A stretch of 64,000 bases of DNA, taken from Spirulina sp. Lineage in GTDB: Bacteria; Cyanobacteriota; Cyanobacteriia; Phormidesmidales; Phormidesmidaceae. Positions 43,038 to 53,235 of this stretch are shown piece after piece; position 1 is the first letter of the stretch, and the number at the start of each line of letters is the position of its first letter. The notes under the pieces were generated by a model. It was not told the DNA's origin, made no database searches, and was given only the letters and a program-made list of their open reading frames with translations. The stretch covers positions 64,001-128,000 of the forward strand of contig JBIPSI010000004.1 in NCBI GenBank assembly GCA_044070495.1, written 5' to 3'. A program made the translations under genes and the position numbers.

Positions 43038-44972
43038 TCAGCCGCTCAGCAGGGCTTCAACGAACTCGTAGCTGGAGAAGGGGCGCAGATCTTCGATGCC
43101 CTCCCCGGCACCGATAAAGCGGATGGGCAGGCCCAGTTGCTCCACCACCGCCAGGGCCACGCCGCCCTTGGCCGTACCGTCCAATTTGGTCAGCACCACG
43201 CCGCTGAGGTTGGCGGCTTCAGCGAAAACTTCGGCCTGACGCAGCCCGTTTTGGCCGAGGGTGGCATCCAAAACCAGCAGGGCTTCAATCTTGGCGTTGG
43301 GAGCGTTTTTATCGACGATACGGCGAATTTTAGCCAGTTCGTCCATCAGGTTTTTCTTGTTTTGCAGGCGGCCTGCGGTATCCACCAGCAGCAGGTCAAT
43401 TTGGCGAGAATTGGCGGCGGCGATGGCGTCGTAGACCACGGCGGCGGGGTCGGTGTTCTTGCCCGGATTGGCGATTACCTCCACTTCGCTACGGGCCCCC
43501 CAGGCTTTGACCTGCTCCACGGCGGCGGCCCGGAAGGTATCGGCGGCGGCAATCAGGGTGTTGTAGCCGGATTTCTTCGCCACATGGGCCAACTTACCGA
43601 TGGTGGTGGTTTTCCCGGCCCCGTTCACCCCGGTCATCAGCCAAATGTTGAGGGTTTCTTTTTCGGGCACAAACAGCAGGTTGTGGGAGTCTCCCAGGGG
43701 GGCATCCAACATGTCGCGCAGAATGGTTTTTAGGTAGGCAATGGCCTGATCCGGTGGCAATACCTGGTCGCGCATCCGGTCTTGCAGGGCTTCAATCACC
43801 TTATCCGTCGCCGCCACGCCCACATCCGCCTGGAGCAGCAGCGCCTCAATTTCCATCACCGCATCGTCGTTCAGCGGCCCTTGGCCCACGATGGCCTTCA
43901 GTTGGTTTACCAAACTCAGGCGGGTTTTGCTCAGCCCCTGCCGCAGGCGCTTCAGCCAGGTAATTTCCTCGGCAGAAATCTCGTCCGGTCGCCGCCCCTG
44001 GGCCGCCAACACCTCCGCCGACCACAGGAAGGCTTCGTCCAAATCAATGTCTGGCAGAACCAGCTCTGGCTCGGATACGGTGGCCACAGGCTCCGGTTCC
44101 GGCTCCGGCTCCACGATGGCGGTTTCCTGCAATCGTTCCAACCGCTGCAAGCGTTCTTCCTCGGCCCTCGCCCAAAAGGGAACACTGGCCTGGGGTTCCG
44201 GTTCCGCAACAGGTTCGGCCACGGGTTCAATCACAGAGGCTTCTGCGGCTGCGACGGGTTCGACCACGGACTCAGCGGCCACTTCCGCTGCGGGTTCTTC
44301 AAGGGACTCCGTAACGGGGATTTCTGCCTCAGAGGAAATTTCTGCAACAACAGCAACGGGTTCTTCAGAAGCAACCTCTTCCAGGACAGCAACGTCTACT
44401 TCGGTTGCTTCGGCAGTGGATTCCTCAATGGCAGATTCCTCCGGGATTAAGTCCTCTGAGGTCGTCTCTTCTGGTGCCGCTTCTTCAAAGACGGATTCCT
44501 CCGCCATCGCTGCCGATTCAGAGGCGACTTTTGGCTCAACCTCGGCGGTAACAGCGGATTCCGTCACGGGTTCTACAACAGCCGTTTCGGTGACGGCCTC
44601 TTCGACCAAATTCTCAACGGATTCAGTCGCGACAGATTCAGCCAATTCAGCGGGCGCTTCCACCTCAGGTTCCACCGCTGCGGGTTCTGGGGCTGGCTCG
44701 GTCGGAGTCTCGACCGCTTTGGTTTCAGCTTGTTGTTTTTGAATATCCTGTTGTTTTTGAATATTCTGCGCCGCCGCCTTGGCCCAGGCCAGCTTTTCCT
44801 CTGGGGTCATCTCAGCCAAGGACTTCGGCGCGGCTGAAGGCTCGGCCTCAGATGGCTTGGGGGCGGGTTGATCAGGGGATTTTTCTGACGTTACCGATTC
44901 AGTGGGTTGCGGCTCGGCCTGTTTGGAAGCCTCGGACTTTTCAAAACCACGCCGAAACCAGTTGAACACCAT
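43038..44972 (-). CDS. ftsY: Signal recognition particle receptor FtsY with long acidic N-domain
   Basis: GVNGAGKTTT, DTFRAAA, DTAGRLQN, TKLDGTAKGG. Confidence 0.97.
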   Translation of the reverse strand: MVFNWFRRGFEKSEASKQAEPQPTESVTSEKSPDQPAPKPSEAEPSAAPKSLAEMTPEEKLAWAKAAAQNIQKQQDIQKQQAETKAVETPTEPAPEPAAVEPEVEAPAELAESVATESVENLVEEAVTETAVVEPVTESAVTAEVEPKVASESAAMAEESVFEEAAPEETTSEDLIPEESAIEESTAEATEVDVAVLEEVASEEPVAVVAEISSEAEIPVTESLEEPAAEVAAESVVEPVAAAEASVIEPVAEPVAEPEPQASVPFWARAEEERLQRLERLQETAIVEPEPEPEPVATVSEPELVLPDIDLDEAFLWSAEVLAAQGRRPDEISAEEITWLKRLRQGLSKTRLSLVNQLKAIVGQGPLNDDAVMEIEALLLQADVGVAATDKVIEALQDRMRDQVLPPDQAIAYLKTILRDMLDAPLGDSHNLLFVPEKETLNIWLMTGVNGAGKTTTIGKLAHVAKKSGYNTLIAAADTFRAAAVEQVKAWGARSEVEVIANPGKNTDPAAVVYDAIAAANSRQIDLLLVDTAGRLQNKKNLMDELAKIRRIVDKNAPNAKIEALLVLDATLGQNGLRQAEVFAEAANLSGVVLTKLDGTAKGGVALAVVEQLGLPIRFIGAGEGIEDLRPFSSYEFVEALLSG

Positions 44973-45316
44973 ACCAGCACTACCTTAAGGGACGTTACGC
45001 TTCTTCAATATTGATACTCTATCGCAGCACCGACGGTAGGTATGATGACCGTACCTTTGCCATGGCCTAGGCGAGCCATGCGGGATCCAAGCCAAAGCGG
45101 TAGGCCAGCCACAGCAGGGTCAGCAGCGTAAAACCCAAAATCCATAGAGGCCAGCGAGGGGGCGGTGACGGCGGGGACGACATGGCAACCGTTGGGATAG
45201 ACAGTTGGGATGAATCGGTGCAATGCGGGTAAGAGGGACGGGTTAGGTTGTTACAATTTTTTAAGTCAGAATACCGATATTACGATTAGTCGCATTCAGC
45301 AGGAGAACGAAGCACC

Positions 45317-45520
45317 ATGGCCATTAACTGTGCGGTAGATTGCAAGGACGGCTGCATTTTGGGCGACGACTGCCCCAACCTGAAATACACCGAGGAAGCC
45401 AGCAAATTTATTGCCGACACCTCCCTCGACAAAATGTTAGAAATGGCTGAAGAAGCCGTGCGCCGCAAGATGATGGAACGGGCCTCTCAGCCGCCCAAGT
45501 GGGTGCTTCCTGAGGATTAG
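45317..45520 (+). CDS. Small Cys-rich hypothetical protein
   Basis: NCAVDCKDGCILGDDCPN; AGGAG upstream; sits alone in the gap between ftsY and the YlqD gene. Confidence 0.75.
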   Translation: MAINCAVDCKDGCILGDDCPNLKYTEEASKFIADTSLDKMLEMAEEAVRRKMMERASQPPKWVLPED

Positions 45521-45581
45521 TCTTGTTCAACACTGCCCAGAGGCAAGGGGCTTAAGCCCTTTGTTTACGGAACCCTTCACC

Positions 45582-45724
45582 ATAGCGAGTCCTAATTTCA
45601 CGGTCTCAAAGGATCCCCCCTGCCCCCCTTGGTAAGGGGGGTATGGAGTAAGTTTGGGCCGCTAGGTACTGGGGGGATCTAGAATTCAGCAACGGTGGAT
45701 CTCATGCTATTGAGAACCACTCTA
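45582..45724 (+). mobile_element. MITE-like family A, copy 2 (degenerate)
   Basis: ATAGCGAGT...GATCCCCCCTGCCCCCCTTGGTAAGGGGGG...GCTAGGTACTGGGGGGATCTAGAA...GAGAACCACTCTA. Confidence 0.65.
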
Positions 45725-45743
45725 AACAAACCCTAGGTGATTC

Positions 45744-46199
45744 CTAAAGTTCGCCTCGAATGGCTTCAATAACACCATCGCGGATCAGGATTTCCACCTG
45801 AAGCTTTTGCACCAGGTTATCGCCCACGGCAACATTGAAGAAGCTCTCCACTTTGCCTTGTTCCACTTCCACATCCATCTCCAGGGTTTGCACCTGTTGA
45901 AGTTGCTGAAGGTTTTGGTTTTTTTGCTGAAGTAGCTTGCTCTTATCTTGGTTCAGGCGGTTTTGCACCTCGGCAATTTGTTGCTGAATGCCCGCATTGC
46001 CAGGCTGAGCTTCGGCCTGTTTTTGCAGTTCGCTCAGCACCCGTTGCCCCTGCATTTCTAGCTGTTGCAATTGGCCATCAACCTGGTTGATTTGGCTTTG
46101 CAGTTGCTTTTGGGCCTCTTCTTTCCACAGTGGTGTGACCACTGCTTTGATATTGACAACCCGCTTCAGCAGCAATGATTTACTGTCATCCATAGCCAT
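45744..46199 (-). CDS. YlqD family coiled-coil protein
   Basis: LLLKRVVNIKAVVTPLWKEE and VEILIRDGVIEAIRG. Confidence 0.85.
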   Translation of the reverse strand: MAMDDSKSLLLKRVVNIKAVVTPLWKEEAQKQLQSQINQVDGQLQQLEMQGQRVLSELQKQAEAQPGNAGIQQQIAEVQNRLNQDKSKLLQQKNQNLQQLQQVQTLEMDVEVEQGKVESFFNVAVGDNLVQKLQVEILIRDGVIEAIRGEL

Positions 46200-46295
46200 T
46201 AGACGTACTCAACAAGAATTGTTACCAACTCCGACGGGGGGAACCGCCGCAGGATAGAGCCTGGAAAAACCAGATGCCCCTACCCTCAACCCCAC

Positions 46296-48263
46296 CTATA
46301 CAAACATCGCGTCAATCATATCGCGATACCGTTCAGTCACCACGGGGCGGCGAACTTTTAAGGTTTGCGTAAGCAGACCATTTTCGATGGAGAAGGGCTC
46401 TAGCACCAGGCGGAAGGGGCCAATGCGGTCGTCGGGCCGATATCCGGGGCGATCCTTGACTTGGCGGGTCATTTCGTCGCGCAGCAGCTTTTGAAGCCGG
46501 TCGTCCTCTAGGGTGATGGTACCCATGCCTGCCGGGACGGGGGTTTCGTCCCCAGGAATGGCGATAAAGAGAGACTGACCAGCGGCCCAGGCTTGCAGGG
46601 CATCCACATTGGGCACCACGATGGCACCGAGGGAGCGCTGATCTTGCCCCACCACCATGATTTGGTCAATGTAGGGGCTGCGGATGCAGGCATCTTCGAT
46701 GGGCTGGGGTTCAATGTTTTCGCCGTTGGTGAGGACGATGGTGTCCTTGGCCCGCCCGGTGAGCACCACGTTGCCGTCTTTGCTAATCCAGCCCAGGTCG
46801 CCCGTGTCGAACCAGCCTTCGGGGTCGATGGCCTTTTGGGTAGCTTCGGGGTTGCGGTAGTAGCCCTCCATAATTTGCGGCCCCCGTGCGAGGACGAGGC
46901 CCTGGGCACCCTGGGGCACCTCCTGGCGGGTTTCTAAATCCACCACCTTAATTTCGGTGAAGGGGATGGGTTGTCCGGCGGCACCGCGCAGGTTGCTCCA
47001 GGGGCGGCGGGCGGAGAGCACCGGGGAGGTTTCTGTGAGGCCGTAGCCCACCAGCAGGGGCACGCCAATGATTTCAAAGAAGCTATCGATGTGCCTTGCC
47101 AGGGAACCGCCGCCGCTGATTAGTTGCTTCACCTCGCCCCCGGTGGCTTGGCGCACCTTGCCGTAGACCAGGGCTTTGCCCACCTGGTGCAGGGGCCACA
47201 GGGCCAGGGCCGCAAGGCCAGAGGTCAGCCGCTCCACGGTGGACAGGTTGGGGGCGTCGATTTTCATGTCTTGGTAGCGCCAGAGGTGGGTGACGTAGCG
47301 CTCGCTGAGGCCAAAGCAGGTGAAGATCAGCTTTTGTTTGCCCGCGCTTTGCTCCCGAAACTGCCGCTGCGCCCCTTCGTAGATCGATTCCCACAGGCGG
47401 GGCACGCCAACCATGTACTGGGGCTTGGTGCTCTTCAGGTCGGTTTTGAGGTGGCGAATGTTGCTGTAAATTTGGCTGCACCCATTGGCCAGCAGAAAGT
47501 ATTCCGCCGTGCGCTCAAAGCTGTGCCAGGAGGGCAAAATCCCCACCACCCGATCCCCCGGTTCCGGCTGCACCACCGACCGCAGGGTGTTGATCTGGTG
47601 CAGCAGGTTGCGGTGGCTAAGCATCACCCCCTTGGGCTGGCCCGTGGTGCCGGAGGTGTAGATCAGCGTCGCTAAGTCCTCTGGCTTAATGGTGACGGGG
47701 CTGTAGGAATGCTCCTTCCCTAGGGCCATCAGTTGACTGAAATTCAGGATTTTCAGCCGTTCATCGGCGGCGGGTTCCTCATCGGAAAGCAAAATCACCA
47801 GGGGAATCGGCAGATTGTCCAACCGTTGACGCAGGCGCTTCAGCAGGGCGACGTTTTCCACCACCAGCACTGTGCTTTCGCTGTGTTCGGCGATGTAAAG
47901 CAACTCCTCGGTTTCGGCGGTGCCACTCCGCACAGCGTCCATGCCCCCGGCGGTCATAATCCCCTGGTCGGCAATGAACCAGCGGTGGCTATTATCGGCA
48001 AACAGGGCCACATGGGTACGGTTTTCTATCCCCAACGCCTGCAAGCCACTGGCAAAGGTACGAATGGCCTCCCCCAGTTGCCGATAGGTGAAGGTGGCAG
48101 CGGGTTTGTAGTGGGGGTCGTTCAGGGCCACAATGTCGCCGTACTTTTCCGCTACGATGGGCCAAATTTCGTGGATGGCCTGGAGGTGTTCGTAGGGATT
48201 TTGGGCGGCCAAAAAGGCCCGGTCACGCTGGCGAACCTCATGCAGAGCGTCACTAACGGTCAT
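46296..48263 (-). CDS. aas: Long-chain acyl-ACP/CoA synthetase (Aas)
   Basis: YTSGTTGQPKG, GYGLTE, WFDTGDLG, GRAKDTIVLTNGENIEP, LTQTLKVRR. Confidence 0.88.
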   Translation of the reverse strand: MTVSDALHEVRQRDRAFLAAQNPYEHLQAIHEIWPIVAEKYGDIVALNDPHYKPAATFTYRQLGEAIRTFASGLQALGIENRTHVALFADNSHRWFIADQGIMTAGGMDAVRSGTAETEELLYIAEHSESTVLVVENVALLKRLRQRLDNLPIPLVILLSDEEPAADERLKILNFSQLMALGKEHSYSPVTIKPEDLATLIYTSGTTGQPKGVMLSHRNLLHQINTLRSVVQPEPGDRVVGILPSWHSFERTAEYFLLANGCSQIYSNIRHLKTDLKSTKPQYMVGVPRLWESIYEGAQRQFREQSAGKQKLIFTCFGLSERYVTHLWRYQDMKIDAPNLSTVERLTSGLAALALWPLHQVGKALVYGKVRQATGGEVKQLISGGGSLARHIDSFFEIIGVPLLVGYGLTETSPVLSARRPWSNLRGAAGQPIPFTEIKVVDLETRQEVPQGAQGLVLARGPQIMEGYYRNPEATQKAIDPEGWFDTGDLGWISKDGNVVLTGRAKDTIVLTNGENIEPQPIEDACIRSPYIDQIMVVGQDQRSLGAIVVPNVDALQAWAAGQSLFIAIPGDETPVPAGMGTITLEDDRLQKLLRDEMTRQVKDRPGYRPDDRIGPFRLVLEPFSIENGLLTQTLKVRRPVVTERYRDMIDAMFV

Positions 48264-48535
48264 GGGGGGGCACCAATAACAACGATGGAGTCATGATAAA
48301 GAAGTTGGGCTAATCCTACCGCAGGCTAGGGTTAGCGGAGTTAACCGTAGCCTAGCGATCTGGGGTAGCGGCTAGAACCTTGGGAGAACCAGATTTTGAA
48401 CCGGCTAGGCCAGCAGCCCCGCTGCTGATAGGTCATCCGCATTCCGCACTGCCAAGACTCCTCTCCTATCAGCGCCCATATCAGCGGGGAATGGATAGGC
48501 CGGTAGAACAAGTTTGGTAAGCTGACGAGGGCTGA

Positions 48536-49705
<1,170 letters not shown>

Positions 49706-49795
49706 GCTTCCCCAGAGGACTGTCTGAAAACTCGGTTTCTCGTTTGGAATCATGCCCATGACATTGAAGTAGTCGCGAAGAAACCGGGTTTTTGA

Positions 49796-49940
49796 TGTAG
49801 CGGATTTCACTTGTGTGAAGTTTCTTGCGATGATCCCCCCTGCCCCCCTTGGTAAGGGGGGTGTAGAGGGAAACTGAAACAGCTAGGTACTGGGGGGATC
49901 TAGAACTCAGCAATGGTGTATCTTACCCTCTAGAATCCTA
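49796..49940 (+). mobile_element. MITE-like family A, copy 3 (right end degenerate)
   Basis: TAGCGGATTTCAC...GATCCCCCCTGCCCCCCTTGGTAAGGGGGG...GCTAGGTACTGGGGGGATCTAGAA. Confidence 0.65.
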
Positions 49941-50018
49941 TGGAGTAAGGCTGAAATGACCATAGCTAAAATCGAAATGAGTTAAGCTAACGATATCTGC
50001 GGCAAGGCATGAGAGGCT

Positions 50019-50399
50019 ATGGATATGACTTCCGTATCCCACAACCCAACAGCTATTATTCGTACCGAACGAGGATTGTCAATTTCTGGGACACGCATCA
50101 CCCTATACGATGTGATGGACTACCTGATAGCCCAATATCCACCACAGTTTATTCGTTCCCTGTTCGACTTAACAGAGGATCAGATGACTGCGGCTTTAGC
50201 CTACATTGAGGCAAATCGCGCTGAAGTTGATGCAGAATATCAATCCGTTCTGACCCAAGCGGAGGAAAGCCGACGCTATTGGGAAGATCGAAGTCGTGAG
50301 CACCTAGCCCGTGCTGCCAACATACATCCTAATCCGGATCAAGCCGCGCTTTGGGCGAAACTTCAGGCTCAAAAAGCTAGGCATGGGATTGATGCATGA
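50019..50399 (+). CDS. DUF433 family antitoxin
   Basis: IIRTERGLSISGTRITLYDVMDYL...AALAYIE. Confidence 0.85.
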   Translation: MDMTSVSHNPTAIIRTERGLSISGTRITLYDVMDYLIAQYPPQFIRSLFDLTEDQMTAALAYIEANRAEVDAEYQSVLTQAEESRRYWEDRSREHLARAANIHPNPDQAALWAKLQAQKARHGIDA

Positions 50400-50791
50400 A
50401 CTTTTTGATTGATCACAACTTGGGAGGACATGCTGAGTTGCTATTGGGTAATATTGCGAGTCAAGGTTGGCTAGAACTAATTCCAATTCGCTTTGTTACT
50501 TTTCAAGAAATTGGTTTGCCGATTGATAGTAGCGATCAAAGAGTCTGGCAATTCGCCCAGTTAAATCAGATGATTTTGCTAACGGCAAACCGAAGCATGA
50601 AAGGAGAAGATTCGCTGGAGAAAGTGCTTCGGGAAGAAAATACTCTGAATTCCTTTCCTGTCGTTACCATTGGAGATGCCAATCGTTTTTTGGCCGACCG
50701 CGTCTACCGAAACCGTTGCGCTGACCGTATCCTCGAAATCCTGTTAGAGATTGAAAACTGGATGGGTGTTGGTCGTCTTTTTGTTCCGTAA
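50396..50791 (+). CDS. DUF5615/PIN-like (VapC45-type) putative toxin
   Basis: MNFLIDHNL, DSSDQRVWQFAQ, ILLTAN. Overlaps the DUF433 stop (ATGA coupling). Confidence 0.75.
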   Translation: MNFLIDHNLGGHAELLLGNIASQGWLELIPIRFVTFQEIGLPIDSSDQRVWQFAQLNQMILLTANRSMKGEDSLEKVLREENTLNSFPVVTIGDANRFLADRVYRNRCADRILEILLEIENWMGVGRLFVP

Positions 50792-50807
50792 ATAGGGTTA
50801 AACCAAC

Positions 50808-51665
50808 ATGCCATCCTCCTTCCTCACCCTTCAGAGCCAACACGCCTGCTTTGGCGGCACCGTGGGCTACTACAGCCACTTTTCTAGCCAGTGCCAGTGC
50901 GAAATGCGGTTTGCGGTCTTCATTCCGCCCCAGGCCCAGGCTGGCCCGGTACCCGTGTTGTATTACCTATCGGGGCTAACCTGCACCGAGGAAAACTTTA
51001 CCGCCAAGGCCGGAGCCCAGCGCTATGCGGCGGAGCAAGGGCTGATGCTGGTGGCCCCCGATACCAGCCCCCGTGGGGAGGAAATCCCCGACGAAGCCGA
51101 TGCCTGGGACTTTGGCACCGGGGCCGGGTTCTACGTCAACGCAACCCAAGCCCCCTGGAGCCAGCACTACCGCATGTATAGCTACGTGGTGGAGGAACTG
51201 CCGGAACTGATCGCCGCCAACTTTGCCATAAAACCGGATCGCCAGGGGATTTTTGGCCATTCCATGGGCGGGCACGGAGCCTTAGTCTGTGGTCTGCGGA
51301 ATCCCCAGTTGTTTAAGTCGATTTCGGCCTTTGCCCCCATCGCCGCCCCCAGCCAATGCCCCTGGGGGCAAAAAGCTTTTAGCGGATACCTCGGCCCCGA
51401 TCAAACCCTGTGGCATGGCTACGATGCCAGCCACCTAGTGAAAACCCAACCCCAGCCCGACCGGATGATCCTGATTGACCAGGGCAACGCCGATCCTTTT
51501 TTGGGCCAGGGCCAACTCTTGCCGGAGGTGTTTGAAGCGACCTGCAAGGAAGCAGGACAACCCCTAACCCTGCGAATGCAACCGGGCTACGACCACGGCT
51601 ACTACTTCATTGCCACCTTCATGGCCGACCATATTCGCCACCACGGGGCCATCCTTACGACCTAG
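50808..51665 (+). CDS. frmB: S-formylglutathione hydrolase
   Basis: [18 protein letters not shown] nucleophile, GYDHGYYFI. Confidence 0.95.
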   Translation: MPSSFLTLQSQHACFGGTVGYYSHFSSQCQCEMRFAVFIPPQAQAGPVPVLYYLSGLTCTEENFTAKAGAQRYAAEQGLMLVAPDTSPRGEEIPDEADAWDFGTGAGFYVNATQAPWSQHYRMYSYVVEELPELIAANFAIKPDRQGIFGHSMGGHGALVCGLRNPQLFKSISAFAPIAAPSQCPWGQKAFSGYLGPDQTLWHGYDASHLVKTQPQPDRMILIDQGNADPFLGQGQLLPEVFEATCKEAGQPLTLRMQPGYDHGYYFIATFMADHIRHHGAILTT

Positions 51666-51803
51666 GACATTGCGCCCCTGCTTGCCCGCCCCATCCCCAA
51701 TCCTGCCCCATCGATGCTGGAAGTTAGGTGCAGCGATAGTCGCTACGGTGCCGTGGTAGCGGCATGAGGCGCGGGCCATGACCGATTTGGCGGTGCCGCG
51801 TCG

Positions 51804-52260
51804 TTCATGGACGATCCCCAGCATCAGGATGTTGAAATGAACCGAGCCAAACGACCCATTCGTGCGGTCGAGACTCAATGTCCAGGGTTGAGGTATCTGG
51901 CTCCAACTCACCATCGTCCGGGCAATATCATCAAAATCCACCGGAAACTCCCGCAAAAACCGGGTCAGACGCTTGTGGCTCGACTCTGGTTTTGCCCGAT
52001 TGGCAAACACCGACGACAGCTTATCCAGGTTCACCGTCTCCACCCGGAATAGGGCCACCAGAAACAGGGCTAGAAACGTCAGACGGGCACCATGCCACGG
52101 CAGATGAGGGCGCAGGGCCGCTTGAAGTCGGTTAATCTGAGTCATGGAGAGGGTCTAGCTAAGGTTGTGCTAATCTCTAGCTCACCTCCCTCTTCCTCAG
52201 TCTGTCAACCCCTCCACAGGGAAGGCTTTCAGCCCCTCACCCCAAGTTTTGTCCCTGTAC
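51804..52260 (-). pseudogene. Truncated IS4-family transposase (N-terminal 114 aa, ATG at 52145) with its left end
   Basis: WHGARLTFL, VNL.KL, SSHKRL.RF, LSLDRTN(G for the usual W).FG..NILMLG; homology stops at about 51804. IS-end-like TTTTGTCCCTGTAC at 52247-52260. Confidence 0.75.
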
Positions 52261-52379
52261 CGTGGCCCACACCTGGGGTGCCCCCTGAACTGCCGCTTCT
52301 TTAGCAACACACCGTGAGTCATGTAGATGAGCGTAATCATTTGTAGGGTTTGTCAGCTTGATCTCGTCACAATCAGGTA

Positions 52380-52408
52380 TTGACATCTAGATTTTTGTAC
52401 ACTAACTT
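52380..52408 (+). promoter_or_regulatory. Sigma70-type promoter for the NYN-RNase III unit
   Basis: TTGACA (52380-52385) - 17 nt - TAACTT (52403-52408). Confidence 0.65.
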
Positions 52409-52455
52409 TATACCAAGCTCTACATTAAAGCGCTAGCGCTTCTGGCCAGCTAGGT

Positions 52456-52659
52456 TTACAAAGCTGCCGCTTCCAAAATTTGCAGGTAAAGCTGTACAGG
52501 GTGGATGCGACAACTTTGTAAGGTTAGCTGAATCGAAAAATAACTAAAAATTCTGTAGTTAAGTCTACGGAAATTTTAGCTATTCTTCAGTTCAGCCACA
52601 TCATCAGCCGCAAGAAACGCTACAGAAGACGTAGAGCCCGTACTTTATTGGAGGCTCTA
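52456..52659 (+). ncRNA. Highly structured leader / candidate regulatory RNA upstream of the NYN gene
   Basis: IR 52456-52475/52502-52521 (17/20), IR 52527-52558/52565-52596 (26/32), and TAGAGCC/GGCTCTA stem overlapping the GGAGG SD. Confidence 0.5.
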
Positions 52660-52661
52660 AC

Positions 52662-53138
52662 ATGAGTGCTCAAGTTGTTTCAATTCACCGCAATTGTCCT
52701 ACGGTAGCGGTAGCTGTTGATGGCCAAAATGTTGGCCTTTTGAAAAATGGTGAGGCTATTTTGAGGTTTGCATCAGGTTTGGGTAATGTTTCTATTCAAT
52801 GGGCTTACTACAATTATCGAAACCTGAAGCCTCGCCATGAAGCCCGACTACAGGAGCAGGAGTGGCAATGTGTAGATGTGGCAGTTTGTACGAAAAACGA
52901 ACTGGATCATCGAATGATGACGGCGGTGAGAAAGTTGTGTTCCTGTCAACCACCTAATATTTTGGTGATCGTCACCAATGACAAAGACTTTGCTCCCCTC
53001 ATTGAGTATGCCTGTAGTCAGGGAATCAAGGTCTTTGTCATTGGTCGGCGTAATGGGATGAGCAAGGATCTCAAGCGTCTTCTCCCCAATGGCATCGTTT
53101 ATATTGAAGACCTGAAACAACTGCCTTTAGCGAGTTAA
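52662..53138 (+). CDS. Stand-alone NYN (LabA/DUF88, PIN-fold) ribonuclease
   Basis: VDGQNV, KNELD, IVTNDKDFAPLI, G.KVFVIG; acidic catalytic motifs intact; GGAGG SD. Confidence 0.85.
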   Translation: MSAQVVSIHRNCPTVAVAVDGQNVGLLKNGEAILRFASGLGNVSIQWAYYNYRNLKPRHEARLQEQEWQCVDVAVCTKNELDHRMMTAVRKLCSCQPPNILVIVTNDKDFAPLIEYACSQGIKVFVIGRRNGMSKDLKRLLPNGIVYIEDLKQLPLAS

Positions 53139-53157
53139 CGCGACTTTAGAATGGTCT

Positions 53158-53208
53158 GACTTTGCCCTTGAGAGCTTCTACAAAATAGACTTCATCAAGG
53201 GTAAAGTC
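53158..53208 (+). other. Long hairpin between the NYN and RNase III genes
   Basis: GACTTTGCCCTTGA / TCAAGGGTAAAGTC (14 bp, one G-U) with inner TCTA/TAGA stem. Confidence 0.6.
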
Positions 53209-53235
53209 TTTCCAAAGCCCTGTTTAGTATTGATC

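Noticed and set aside
43782..44742. Long Ser/Ala-rich plus-strand ORFs
   Set aside because: Antisense of the low-complexity FtsY acidic domain
51564..51803. C-terminal part of the 193-aa transposase ORF
   Set aside because: Read-through into unrelated DNA overlapping the frmB end; transposase similarity stops at about 51804
52456..52596. Retron msr-msd
   Set aside because: The hairpins are suggestive, but no reverse transcriptase is encoded in the window
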